Below, one piece after another: positions 26,302 to 39,736 of a DNA stretch of 64,000 nt. Positions within the stretch are counted from its first letter, which is position 1. Each line of letters begins with the position of its first letter. Both the position numbers and the translations under genes were made by a program. The stretch spans positions 868,001 to 932,000 of the forward strand of contig JADEYG010000004.1 in assembly GCA_016906335.1 (NCBI GenBank). Reading direction: 5' to 3'. This stretch comes from Novakomyces olei. Taxonomy: Eukaryota. The notes under the pieces were generated by a model that saw nothing but the letters and a program-made list of their open reading frames with translations, ran no database searches and was not told the origin of the DNA.

Positions 26302-26927
26302 CTTCAATCGAGATCTTTCTTCCACGTTAGTGCGTACTAATTCTGAGTCAAAAGATTTATTTCTCGTCTGCTACGTACGGCATAATACTGTCGTTCTATG
26401 TAATATTACACCTCAATAGTAGTGAATAAAAGTACCATGCTAATGATTCGTAGCGTGTATTCTTTGGATACAATAATTTATGTAGTGTATAACGTTTGGC
26501 AAATTATAGGTACGAATGCAGATTCTGTAGTGTATAAAATTATGGGTACAAATACAATGATTTATGTAGTGTGTAATATCTTTGCCAGACCTTACACAGA
26601 CAAAAGTGGCCGCTGACTTTACTGCTGTACGGCTCCCATTTATGCATTGTGTCTGCCAGCACATTCGTTGAATTAAAGGGAATTGCAACTTTTAGCACGT
26701 GTGGTGCAGTAGCTGTCGCGGTTCAAGCTGTCTTTCTTGGCATATAAGAAAGGAAGCCTTACAGTCCTATAGGAAGCAGAAGCAATCAATTGGCGCTCAA
26801 CGCCGCCTTGATCCTTCAGCGGCTTGAGCGTCATCTTACGATACTCGACAGGGTTTGGTAAAGCCCGTCAGAGCTGAGAGATATGACTTTTGTCCACGGG
26901 CAGCGTGGCTGCCTGCTCAAGAAAATA

Positions 26928-28495
26928 ATGCTTGCCGTTCTGGCTTTGCTTCTATCCGGCCTGGCTGTGGCCGCTGATTCAAAGGAGGAGAGCAATTCGC
27001 CTCGAAGAACTGCCCCCAATGGCGAGCCTTACCAGTCTGTTGCGCTGCGTATGCATACACTCCAACCGCCGTACCTTGATCAGGATATGGAGTCCCGATG
27101 GTACGTCTTAGACTTGGCTAGTATTTATTTATTTATTTTATTTCTGTTCCTGCATTTGATGTTTATTTTACCCTTTTGCTTTTATTTGCCGCTCATCTGG
27201 GATTTGGTTTCATTATCATCATTTTATAAATTCGAATTGCCCTCCGGTTCTATTCTCTTAATCTGTTTGGGTAAATCGATCGTGTGACACTTTTGACACA
27301 ACAGGTGGGATTTTGGCGGATCGACGGTGGTGGATACATGGAGTTTTGTGCGCCTTACAAACGATGCACCTCATAGATCGGGGTATCTCTTCAGCAGACT
27401 GCCCTTGACGGCTTCAAATTTCGAGGTAAGTATTTATATCTAATTCAGTCCTATTCTAACTTTTTCATCAAAGATCGAAGTAGAATTTTCCGTACACGGT
27501 CATGGTGCTACTATTGCCGGGGATGGAATGGCAATGTGGCTGACACGTGACAGAGCAACACATACTGGTCCGGTGTTTGGATACAAGGACAAATTTGAAG
27601 GTCTTGGAGTGTTTATTGATACTTACAAGAACGGCCGAAGCGGTGTCGGGTTTCCTTATGTCATGGCAATGCTAGGCGATGGTCATACCGAGTACGAAGT
27701 TAATACTGACGGCCAAGCCAATGAGCTGGCCGGTTGTTCCGTATGATCTATATATTTTCTGTTTTCATTTTATTTTTTCTTCTCGTTTTCAAGCTATGAT
27801 TATTTATGGCTTTTTTTTCTTTCTTAATTTTGTTGTCGTGTGTAGATATCAAAGTGTCTATAAATTTTGTTTTAATTTTGAGATTTAAACGTGGACATTC
27901 CCTTTCTGCTGTCTCAACTGCTCAAATTCATGCACATGTCGTTTATGCACAACATGAATTAACTAAAATCAGGCACGGGGACTGCGCAATATGAAGTTCA
28001 ATCCTAAGCTTAAGTTGACGTACTATCGCGACACAGGAGACCTTGCGCTCAGTATTGCGTACAAGAAAGAGGGCGAGTTCACTCCTTGTTTCACCGCGTC
28101 GAATGTGACTCTCCCGCCCGTGTCTTATCTCGGCTTCACCGCATTAACGGGTGAATTGAGTGGTAATTGAGATTTGAAATAATTGAAAAATTTTAAAAAA
28201 ACAAAAAAAAAAATAAAAAAATAAAAAATAAATAAAACACTATCATATAATTATATATTTATATTGATATCTAACATCTAAAGACAATCATGACATTATT
28301 AGCGTGGCGGCGCGTAATTTATATGTTGCACCGTCAGAGACGCCAATGAGACAGCGGCGACGCGTTTCCCGGGCAAATACAAAATCTTCATGGTTTGGGT
28401 TACTGGCAAAGATTGTGATATTCGGCTTTGTTATTGCGGGTGCCTATTTAGGCTATTCTACGTACCGTATAAAGAGTCGTCGTGTGCAGTTTTAA
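26928..28495 (+). CDS. L-type lectin cargo receptor (VIP36/LMAN2-like)
   Basis: Signal peptide, PPYLDQDM..RWWDFGG, GDGMAMWLT, FIDTYKN, YLGFTALTGELSDNHDII and a C-terminal TM. 4 introns. Confidence 0.9.
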
Positions 28496-28876
28496 GACGC
28501 CCCACAACTCGGAGGCCGGCTACACATATTCATGGACGAGATAAAGCATTTAAAAACCGTTATTTATAATATACTGATTGAGATTATAGCGTTCATTCTG
28601 TGCAAGATTGTGCTGCAGGACAGAGGCGTAAAATAAAGCTGCTTAGAATATGCCTAATACTAATTGAATCAATACATAGAACTTAAATGCGTGCATAATA
28701 CTACTCTGGCCTGATAGTTAGCCGCGCAATACGAATATTTGCAATGTCCCATTTTTAACTATGATGAAAAAACTAAAATTCGTACCAGGCGGTCGTTGTA
28801 TATGCAACTTATTTACGGTCCAAACATTATCCTTCCGATCCAAGATCTCGGTCCATATAAACGTGCGTGTCCTCAA

Positions 28877-29785
28877 TTATTGAGCTTCCACTAATTCTGC
28901 TTCCGTAATATCTACAATCTCGTCGCTGCCCGGATATTCTGGAAGCAGAAGCTTGTACTTTTCTGCTACTGCAGGAGGAACAAATCTGCCACCCAAGAAA
29001 TGTCTACCTTTGCCCTGGAAATGACGAGAACAAGGCTTTGGGGCAGTGAGAGAAATCAAAGCGTTTGGTAAGTATCCAGCGCCAGGTCCATGTGTTTGAG
29101 GACCGCCATCAATGTCCCACGAAGACGGATTATCGACTGCTAAAATGGGCTTATCTGTGGCAGCAAGCGCAGCAATAATCCCGACAAAAGGCTCTCGGAC
29201 TTCTCCACGAAAAGAAAACCCAAAAACCGCATCGACAACACAATCCGCAGCGGCCAATTGCTCAGAGACGCTGTTAGTGTTGGACGAAACCGGAATATCA
29301 AGGTTACGCAATTGCGTTTGCAACCGGGTGTAGAGCTCGGGTTTCGAGGGCTTTGGGTATATTAAAGAAGGATTGTAGCCAAAGTGTTTAAGGTGCCGGG
29401 CCGCTACGAGCCCATCTCCGCCTGTATATTAGACCAAATCCTTGGACAGTTTGATAAAGCAAAACATTAGTTTTAAAGCCAGGGACGGAGGGAGCCAAAC
29501 AAACGGTAATAAAGCAAGGTAAAAGACGAAGATGACATTTAAAAAAAGACAACAACGCACCATTATTTCCTGGCCCGGCAATGATCAGCACATTACGATG
29601 AGTCTGTGGCCGGAAGAGCCGGTAAACCGTCTGTGCTACACTGAGGCCTGCCAGCTCCATAAGCTGATCGATGGAGAACCCACCCGCCTCAGACATCAGC
29701 TCTTTGTCAAACGAGCCTGCGGCCGAAGCTCCTAGAAACTATATCTTAGTTGTGCGGTGCTAAAAACGCTTACATTGACCTTCAT
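28877..29785 (-). CDS. NNR1: NAD(P)HX epimerase (YjeF_N)
   Basis: FSIDQLMELAGLSVA, GPGNNGGDGLVAARHL, DAVFGFSF, DNPSSW and SLTAPK motifs. Confidence 0.94.
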
Positions 29786-30073
29786 GTTGAATCTGGGGTC
29801 AGGAGAGTTTGCGCGCTCACGTATACAGCTGCCAATGACGTAGCAGAGAATAATTATACTAATTTCTAATTTATATTATATTAATTTATATTCCTGGGTT
29901 AGTCAGGGTTAGGGTTAACATATAATACGGGGCAGCCCAGCTTACGTGTGCGTCGGTACACAAGTCACATGATCTCTGGGAGGAAGGGAGTGGCACGGGC
30001 AATGTACCGGCAATTACAAAGACGCACGTTTGGCAAAGAGGACTCGGCAGAGTGAGGCAGATTATTAGTAGCA

Positions 30074-31433
30074 ATGCTGCTTCTGCTGCTGCTGTCTATT
30101 CTGCCCGCAATAGCCGGCGCATGGGGCGAACTGGGTAGGGACCTTGTGAATGATTCTCGCGTATAATATTTGGGCCTTTTAACCAACCATTTGTGTGCGT
30201 TTAGGCCACAGTTTGACGGCGGAGGTCGCTGAGCGGTACATTACAAACATTACGGCAGCCCGAATACGCGAGCTGCTGCCGCCATGGGCACATGGCAGTA
30301 TGGCGCGAGTAGCGAGCTGGCCGGATTATGTGAAACGGTACCCGGAGTACCGAAGAACTGGCGTATATCATTACATAAACACGGAAGGCGACCACCCACC
30401 CGACACTTGCGTCGTGCGATGGAACCCGCCTTGGCTGGGAGTCGCTCCAAACAATATTTTGTCAGCCATTGCCTATTTCACTGCCGGACTTGAAGGCAAT
30501 GGTGCTGGTGCAGGTAACCATACAGAGGCACTTTTATTCCTCATTCACTTGTATGGCGATATGCACCAGCCGCTTCACAGTAAGTTTTCTTTCTTTGCAG
30601 TACCTTTTTTTTGATTTTGATTTTGATTTTGTTTGTTTGTTTGTTTTTGAGACGAGTCTGTGTGCAAAAGATGAAATACATGACATCTGGTTCATGCTTG
30701 TATCACTAACTTTTAAGCCTGTGCTCGTGCACGCGGGGGAAATGACCAGCGTGTCGTATACATGGGCCGTATCCACCGTCTCCATGAACTTTGGGACCGA
30801 ACACTCCTCCAGGTACATTAACGCATGCCTTTATATGCTCAAGCTTACGATGTTTTTTGTTTTTAACAGGATCGTGTGGCGGATGTTTACCGGGCGAACA
30901 GTATCGAATCTGCGCAGACAAGGGTTGAGGCTCAAACTGCTGAATTCCATTCTGAAAACGGAATCGAGTCTCAAACTCCGGCCGCTTACTTTTTGGAGTA
31001 CATTATTCGGTTGTACGAGACGGGCCAGTTTACGGAATCGAATGACTGGCTCAGCTGCCAGCTGGAACAATTAGCAGCAGCAGCAGCCACTCCGTCGCCT
31101 TTACCACCAACTGGATTCTCTGGCTACTTGACACAATTGCACCAGAAAGTGATTGGGTACGACATCAAGACTTTAACTGTATGCCCCTTTCGCTGGATAC
31201 AAAACATCTCGCACTATAATTGTGAGCTGACATGGGCCCCTCTCCGCGGGGTCGGTGAGCATGAATTGGTGAGACTAAACGAGAGCTACTATGAACGAGT
31301 AGCGGCAACGTTTACTCTGGAAAGATTAATCACTCAAGGAGGTGTGCGTCTAGCTAGCGCACTAAACGAAATATTTGATCCGGCGGCTTTTGATTCGAGT
31401 TTGGACTCTGCAACCGTAGGTGTGATGGCGTAG
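30074..31433 (+). CDS. Secreted S1/P1 nuclease
   Basis: Signal peptide then WGELGH, ASWPD, YHYIN, HLYGDMHQPLH, GGND, LHELWD and GGVRLA..LN. 3 introns. Confidence 0.9.
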
Positions 31434-31571
31434 CATATGACGATACATTTAGTAATGAAGAACAGTTTGTATTTAAGAATAGCTTATAATGAAAATAAGC
31501 TCTAGTCGGTTGATTGATTATACAAGAGCATGCTGCTCTGTTTGCAATCTATGAATGAATAATTTACATAC

Positions 31572-31636
31572 AGGGCTAGGGTTAGAATTTGATTTAACCC
31601 TAACCCTTTTGCTTTTATAAACCCTAACCCTGACCC
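31572..31636. promoter_or_regulatory. Telomere-like (TTAGGG) box cluster upstream of SPT2, one of about 10 such sites
   Basis: AGGGCTAGGGTTAG, TAACCCTAACCCT and AAACCCTAACCCTGACCC. Confidence 0.6.
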
Positions 31637-31728
31637 CAACTCTGAATTTATCTTTTTGTGCGTAAAGATCAGCGAGCCCTTGCAGCAAACGCTACATGTA
31701 ACCAGCGACGAGGTAGCGCCTATGAGCC

Positions 31729-33066
31729 ATGAACAGAGAGGTAAGCGTTGCAACACAAGATTGCGCGATCTGATACTCAGTTTGCTGCTTTGCTCGCACA
31801 GGCATCGGCATCGGAAGCTGAACAAAAACAGCGGGTTGAAGAGCTGAGACGGAAACAGGTCAGAGAGAGAGCTAAAGAACTATCTGCAGAACGTGCACGA
31901 GAGCAACGTGAACGAGAGCAAAGAGCGCTTGAAAGGGCGCTTGAGCAAAAGGCACAAGCCAATGCTAGTGCCGAGGCTCAAAAGCTGAAGCATAATTTTA
32001 CGCGACCAAATGTAAAACAGACGTCGTTTAATCGAGGGCAAAGGGCACCGCTTTCTGCTGATGAAGCAAAGCTTCGCCGAAGTGCGGCTGAGGAATCGCG
32101 AATTGCAAATAAACCAAAGGCGATCTCTTTCAATGAGCTTCTAAAGCAGGCTCCTACAATAGCAACACAACAGTTTCCACTGTCAAAATCTATAAAGAAT
32201 CCTGTGATTGCTAATTCAAATTCTACAAAACCACCTGCGAAGCCTTTTAAGTCTGCGGCTGCAAGTGTTGCAAGGGAACATTCCGGTCTCAGAGATGCGC
32301 CGCCAAAGGGGAGTCTTGTTAAAAGGGGCTCCCCAGGCTCAAGCGTTGCCCGGGCACCCGCCAACGCAAATGCCTCGGATTTGAAAATGGGTAAGAATAG
32401 CGCTGGGGCGAATGCCAGATTAAAGCCGGCTAGTGCAAATGCGCAAAAGATACAGCAGCATTCTCCGGGCCAGCGAGTACTGCCTTCTGTAGCACAGCAG
32501 TCTTACCCTGCAAAGACTGTAAACTCTTCGAGTAAGACCCTTTTTCATTTTTATTTTTTATTATTTATTATTATTTTTTTTTTTTTGGCTAATCGACAAG
32601 ACCCAGCGACAGCAAGGCCAATGAACGGCAAAAAGGACGTTCAAGCGAAAGAACGGAACTGGGCTGTAGTCAACCCACTGTCTACAAAGCCAGGGCTTCA
32701 AAAACCAAAAGCGGTTACGAAACAAGCAGACGATCAAAATGCTTCTCGACGACCGAAACCTGACAGGAAAAAAATTGAAAAAGAAGAAGAGCCTGATTTT
32801 GATTACCGTAGCGAAATTTGGAAGATCTTTGGACGGCAAAGACCCACGTGCGTTGCTGCAATATTCTGAAATGCTAATGAACATATAGATATGATGACGA
32901 AGATTTCAGCGATGACGATATGGAAGCCACTGGAGGCGAAGTATTTAGAGAAGAAGAGTATTCAAGGCGGCAAGCGCGTTTGGAAGACGAAGAAGAAGAA
33001 CGGCGTGAAAGGGAACATGAGGCAGCGAAGCGAGCACGCAAGGCCAAAAGACTTAAAACAGGTTAG
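31729..33066 (+). CDS. SPT2: SPT2 chromatin protein
   Basis: SFNELL motif and C-terminal EIWKIFG...DDDMEATGGEVFREEEYSRRQARLEDEEEE. 3 introns. Confidence 0.85.
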
Positions 33067-33495
33067 AATTTGAAAAGTTGGACGTGATATATATCGTAAG
33101 TGTATCATCGCCTGATTAGTCTGGTGCCTTGCAGGCTCTACATGTGCCCAAGCTACTAGAGAGCCAAGTGTATTATTAATGCTCAAATCTGAATGATTGC
33201 AATGACCGGCAAACATGAAGCGCCATAAAATTATTGAAGTGACGGGCAATTTAGATGCATAGAACATCTCTCAGCGTTTATGAGCGAGAATTAAACAAAC
33301 TCAGAGAGATCACCCAAAAATTCGACTACGACTACATGCTCTGTTCAGGCATAAATTTGCATGCCGCTTTGTTTCTAGTCTGGTTTATATGCTGTAATGC
33401 TGTTCATCAGCTAATATTATTTCAGCTAATATTTCTTTTCCAAAAACTCCCGAGCTATGACCAAAAGTATCCCACCTCATATTGATCGCACTGAT

Positions 33496-34999
33496 TCACC
33501 GCCGAGCATAATCGACAATCGTCTTTTTCCTTTTATGCTGCACTTGTATATACTTGTTGGCAAGGTGTAATGCATCCTGTTTGATTAATAAATAAAGACT
33601 AAGTAAGAAAAAACAAATGAAAAAACTTAAATCAGAGTAAATAGCATAGTATAATATAACATAAAACCAACAATAATTCACCCACCTTTCCCAGTACAAG
33701 ACCACAGCCGGCGGCAATAGACCAATGGTATCGCGTAAAAGGTAATCTTCGTGCTACTCTGCTTGTCACGAGATACTCACCGACTACACCGCAAGCCCAA
33801 GGGAACATAAGGGCGCCCATAATCGCTCTCATGGTTCTTAAACTGCCTAATACTAGAGACTGTACCATAGACGCTGCCTCCATATTTTCACCCGCATTTG
33901 CTTGCTCCTGCGCTGCTTGATCTACATTATTATCGTCTTCATTATTTTCATTCTCAATGCCCTCGTTATTCTGTCTGACAATATTTATATCGACAGGAAC
34001 CCAGCGCAGCCTTTCACGTTGCTCTCGTGGCCTCAGCAGCGGCCTCAGCATTACACGGAAAGCATAATTTTTCCCAAGTTCCAAGTCCCAACGGTCCTCC
34101 GTACTTTGCACAAATCGCTGATAAAGACCATGATACACTGTCCTTAAAATAGGGAGAGCGGCGGTTGCTGTGGCTGGAGAAGAAAGAGACCAATCCTGAG
34201 CTTCCAATGCGAGCGGAAGCCATACGGACCAGTACATTCGCCTCCGTGTCAGATTAGCCTCGAGCAGGCAAAGTGGGACGATTGTTGTTCGCAAATCATA
34301 AAAATCGGTAAAGAAAGGTGGGACCACCGATACAGAAAAAGGTCTGAAGTACCGTGGCTCATACTCGGCGGCCCCAACAAACACGCTGGCAATATGTCCG
34401 TACTTTGCGAGCCATTGCACTAAACCTGACAGGGTGGCTTTTATTAGATGACAATCGAAAATAATGAACAATAATAAAAAATAAATAAAAATGAATAAAT
34501 AAATTAACTAAATAAACAAATAAAACAAAATGAAATTTGATCATACTTGACATTGTAAAGAGAAAAGCAACAACAAGCGTATAGCTGTCTCCCATCCACG
34601 TTAATGTGAGTGGCAGCCCCGGGGCGGGTGTAACGATATTGTACGTCGAACCGCACTGAGGGCATTTCTAGACCGTTAGAGTTGAAGTAGCATTAAACCT
34701 ACCGGCCGACCCGAAAAGTTAATCCAGCTAATAAGACAAGCTTCATGCGCCTCGAGGCTACAGGCACAAGGCCGTCGCCAACGATGGTGGCTTATGACGC
34801 CATTCGATTCTGCATCAATTGGCTCTTCTTCAAAGCAGACCCAACAAGTTCTCGTTGGATTTGAAGATATGGTACTTGACGAACTGCCTTTTGTCTTTGC
34901 AGTCTCCTCTTTTTCAGCTTCTTCAGCCAGTGTTGAATCTGGAGACGGTTCAGGTGATAAACGGCCGCCGCCATTCGATCGGCGGCTGCCGTTTAACAT
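33496..34999 (-). CDS. RING-CH (RINGv) membrane E3 ligase, MARCH5-like
   Basis: CWVC...WRRPCACSLEAHEACLISW..KCPQC followed by TM segments. 3 introns. Confidence 0.8.
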
Positions 35000-35543
35000 T
35001 TTGGAAGAGCAGTGTGCAGTCTGGTTATCAACAGGGCTTTTGTAATTGCCGTATTAGCCCTTGATATTTAAAACATGCAACGATTGAGACGGGAAAAAGA
35101 GTATAAAAAAGAAAAAGGAATAAAAGAACAAAAGAATAAAAGGCTTTGCCGCAGAAAATACCTGATTGCCGATTAACCTAAAGCTCTTGTATTAAACGGC
35201 AAAATTACAATGTTTGATGACAGCCAAAGAGATAAGCTGAGACTGCTGCACCAGCGTGTTTTCGCTTATATTTGTGTGTAACACAGTGGGAATATTGGTA
35301 CTTTTCGTATTATACGGTGAACTCTATAAATCGTACAATCGTCGTAGAATAAATCGCAAAAACGTTCACTTTTCAATATTATTCTTTGGGGGTTTTGCTC
35401 TGTAAAGTCGATCCACGATATGATTTCAGTAAAAAATAATTATACATAAATAAATAAATATTTATTTATTTATTCAGATCAAAAAGATAGATGTTGTATG
35501 AAATTTGTGAGACAGGCACATTTCGCCCTTTCCGACACGGCCG

Positions 35544-36734
35544 ATGAGCTTTAGTTTCGGCTTTGATGAAGAAGATCAGCCGCTGAACTCAAATGGGCCT
35601 CAAAATGGTACTGAATCGTCGTCACAGCTGCCATTGACGGCCGCGGTAGAAGAGTATGCGTTATCTGACGAGGTAATTATTGATGTGCATATTAAAATTT
35701 GACAAGTCGGGGGAGCGGAAACAAATCGTTGTACATTAGTGTCCGACAATTTTATTTTTTGAATCAAATTTGTATCGGCTTTTAACGTGAAGGTCCAATA
35801 TTTGCCGCGGAGTTTGAGCTACTCTACTCTCGACTTGGACGGCACTAAAGTATGGCGAAGGGAAGTGTGGGACGCGAAGGTTCAGGTGATGGCTGAGGTG
35901 GACGATGATAGAATAGTAGACCAGTATTTTGGCACGCATGATGTAGTGCGAGGCGTTTACGAGGGCGGCTGCAAGACTTGGGAGTGCAGTGTTGATTTGG
36001 CAGAGCATTTGGGGAAAAGTTTATCGCAAAGTCTACCTGACATTACTATCGAGGTTTGTATTTAATTAATTGTTTTATTCCAGCTTTTTTGCGATATTTA
36101 CTGCTTTGACTTGAGAATTAACGTCCAGCTCGGGTGTGGGTCAGCTCTACCAATACTGGCTGTAATGAATCGCGAATTAAAAGCAAAATCTTGTCTGAAA
36201 CGAGCACTAGTCCTACAGGATTACAACAGCCTAGTGCTAAGGTACCTGACTGTCCCTAATTTGTTTCTCAATTGGTTCAAAATCACTCATAGCGACGATG
36301 AGGATGTGGGCGAGCTCGATATTACGGACGATATGCGGCAAGACTTTATCAATTCTCTGCAAGTATACGGGATCAACGTTTTCTTGATCGCTGGTGCTTG
36401 GAGCGACGAAATGCTCAGATTAATGAACCAAAAACTGCTACCTTTTGATGGCAGCAGGCTGCTGTTAGCGTCTGAAACCATTTACGAGCCTGAATCGCAA
36501 CAGGCTTTCATGCATCTCGTGTACGGGTTACTGCAAAGCAGTCAAAAAGGCCCACATAAAGACTCAGTGCTATTGCTTGCTGGCAAATTGGTGTATTTTG
36601 GGGTGGGCGGCAATATCGGAGAGTTCATCACACAAGTTTCCCGCCGAGGTCTTGTCGCCTCTAAAGTAGGGCACACAGGTCAAGACGGTCTTGGCCGTGT
36701 TATTTACTCTGTGACTTTTCCAGAAATGTCATGA
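35544..36734 (+). CDS. HPM1: Histidine protein methyltransferase (Hpm1/METTL18)
   Basis: MSFSFGF, DVVRGVYEGGCKTWECSVDL, ELGCGSALP, QDYN, ASETIY and YFGVGG motifs. Confidence 0.9.
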
Positions 36735-36914
36735 ATAAATTCATTAATGATTTAATTTTGCACAGTCCACGTTTCCAGATTAATATAATATGTACACATT
36801 ATATTATATTGACCATATAAATTATACAAATAATACAAACAATAAATCAATGCCTCAAAAAGCACATTGAGGCCATGAATACTTCGTTTTTGACATTTAT
36901 ACTCTACTTTTTAT

Positions 36915-38368
36915 CTACACATACTCTTGATTTCCAGCCCAGGGAGCACGAAGCGAGTCGGCTTCAGCCCTTCGCTGTCTAATCTCTGGCGGAGTTGGAC
37001 TCCGCGTCGGAGACCGCATAGGCCCTCGTTGGTACCTGCGAGGCGACGGCGATCTGCTCGGCGACGCTCTTCGCCTTTTCTCACTACGAAAAGGGGAGCG
37101 CTCTTCCATAATATGATCGTCCTCGCCGTGGTTGATATTATGGCTGTCGTTGAACCTTTTCCCTCTCCTCCGATTGGACCAATCCGAGGGAGAATGTCGC
37201 CGAGCAAATAGTGCTGGAGAAGGCGAACGATCGTTACGAGGCCGATAAGATCGCTCACGTGATCGGCCGCGAGAAGGTCCGTCATCAATGTGTGAATATC
37301 TGCGCGGTGACGAGTGCCGACTATTAAACGCGTCCGAGTCGCGTCGCGCGTAAGCGGCAGAATCGCGTCGTCTATCCACAAATTCGTCACGTGAAACAGA
37401 GTCGCGGCGCCGAGGCGACGGACTGAGATTGCGTGAATGGAATGACGATGATGGATAATGATCGCGTCGAGGTGATGCTCGGTTGCCCTGGCGACGGCGT
37501 CTGCGTTCAGCTCGTTCAGCACTAAAATCAGGCGATCTATCACGGCCACGAGTACCGCGATGATGGCTGCGTCCCCTGTCCTCACTGCGCCTTAATGTGT
37601 CTGCAATGGCCTCCTGCTCCGCCTGGGATTAGCAAAAAAAGAATAATAATAATTATAATAATAGAATATCTAAATAAATATTAAATATTAAATATTAAAT
37701 ATATATAAATATAATATATATATAAACATAAATATATAATTATATTTGTTTCATTCTAAGTCAAGACACTTACTTGCCGAGACCGGATCTCCTGCTTTTT
37801 AGCCTCCACAAACTCGCGCACAACCCCTCCCGGGCTGGATTGTGCGGAGAGCAATAGTTTCCATAATTCATGGACGAACGGTAAAGTTTTTGCGTCCAAA
37901 AAACCGACGGTGTTCAAGTATACTCGTCGTGGATCGGGCTGTGGATTAGAAGTCTAAACTAAAGCAAAACATAAAAATAAAAATAAACCAAAAACTAGGC
38001 GAATGAACGATTAAGCTATTAAACAAACGATTTTCTTTTCACGTACAGATCGTTCTGATTCCAGCATGCCAATTACGAAATCTATGACAACTTCGTCCTC
38101 GAACCCCAATGTTTCCGTAATACGCTTGGCGATCCACGGTTTCATTACATTCAAGTTGACTTTTTCCATATCGACCTATGGTGAGTACACTATTCTTGCA
38201 TACACGTTGGCGTACCTTTGTAGAAAAATCTGCAGGCAGCTTTAGCTCACGCAGCGTTTTTTTCTCCGCCGTCGTAAACTTGCCGGTCGCTTCTACAGCC
38301 GAAGACTAATCGTTAGGCCGCCGCGTACAGAGTATATATATAGTCAGGCTGCTTACCCGATAAGACAT
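36915..38368 (-). CDS. PWI-domain SR-related splicing protein (SRRM1/SRm160-like)
   Basis: KVDMEKVNLNVMKPWIAKRITETLGFEDEVVI, GFLDAKT..FVHELWKLLLSAQ and an RS-rich tail. 4 introns. Confidence 0.9.
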
Positions 38369-38816
38369 GGCTATAGGTCACACTGAACCTTGCGCCTCTC
38401 AATAAGAATATTGACCAAATCGATCTGACGGCTTTGCTGGGCCTCGACCAGCCCTCTGTACTGCCAATCGTGGGCTTCAGCTTTTGAATATATTTAGATT
38501 GGATTTAGTCTGCGAGTGGATTTCGCCTTTGGATGTTTAATCAGTCTGCCGATTACAATATATATAGAAATTTATATAGAAATTTAATATAGAAATGTAT
38601 TTAGAAAATTACACATATTGTATACAGTCGTTTTAGGATATTTTATTCATACATTCGCCATTCGTACACAGCGTTTACTTGTAAAAGTACCGTTCAATAT
38701 ACGTTGCAGAATAAAGGCAAATCCTGGGCCTTTGACAAAACCGGATCCTTTCTGCAATTAAGCCATCTAATTTACGTTCTGTCGTACAATCGCCGTCCAA
38801 GGATTCGCCAAGTGCA

Positions 38817-39207
38817 ATGTCGGACGTTGTCAAGGAGTACGCCGAGTACCCTCGTGAGTGGTACCACGATGGAGCACAGTTTATTCATCGCTGCCACAAA
38901 CCGAACAAGCGTGGTGCGTTTACGTTACAATATCGATTGGTTCTTTGATTGAATACGCTGTGTGTCTAACAGTCATAGAGTTTATCAAGATCTCGCAGGC
39001 GGTAGCTGTTGGGTTTCTGATTATGGGGTTTATTGGGTATGGAATCGTTTTGTTTTTGATTAATCGTTTGTTTGTTCAATCCATTCAACTATGGCTGACT
39101 GTGTGTGCTTAGGTTTTTCGTAAAGCTAATCCATATCCCTATCAACAATGTATTAGTGTAAGTGGCTGTTCAATGGAATTGGGCTAATAATCAGCGGTGG
39201 CGCTTAA
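38817..39207 (+). CDS. SSS1: Sec61 gamma subunit
   Basis: [59 protein letters not shown] across 4 exons. Confidence 0.94.
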
Positions 39208-39641
39208 AGCAGCTCGATACTGTGACCAAAACGTCGGCGAAGCACAACTCAATGGCTTCAGCTCTTTACAAAAATATAATAGTTTACTGACAATTGACTA
39301 AAACTGGAAAATCAGAGATTCATGGCCATTCATGCTCCACTCATGTTCCTTCATGCTGCATTCTGTAGAGTCGCGGCACACTGAGTCTGCCGTTGACGGG
39401 TGCGTATACACTTTTTGGTGCAATAAATTGCAATAAATCCCGAAACCAGCGCCATAATCTTTGATTCTCAAATTTGAGTCGTGATATTATGCTCAGCCCT
39501 ACAAGAAAGTTGCTATAAGAATAAGCATTTAATAATTATCTATCTAGTAGTTGCCTATACTATTATATTATATCCATATTATTAGCTGCGCATACTAATA
39601 TCCATACTATTATCTACTGGTTCCAGAGTTGTCATATCACA

Positions 39642-39672
<31 letters not shown>

Positions 39673-39736
39673 ATACCAGCAAACGAGTCCGTGCGAGATC
39701 TGATCCTCGCGGCAGAACGACAGGGCAAGCGCAGCC

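Noticed and set aside
36911-37585. 224-aa alternative-frame ORF over the RS domain
   Set aside because: Starts at GTG and is explained by the Arg/Ser codon composition of the SRRM1-like tail.
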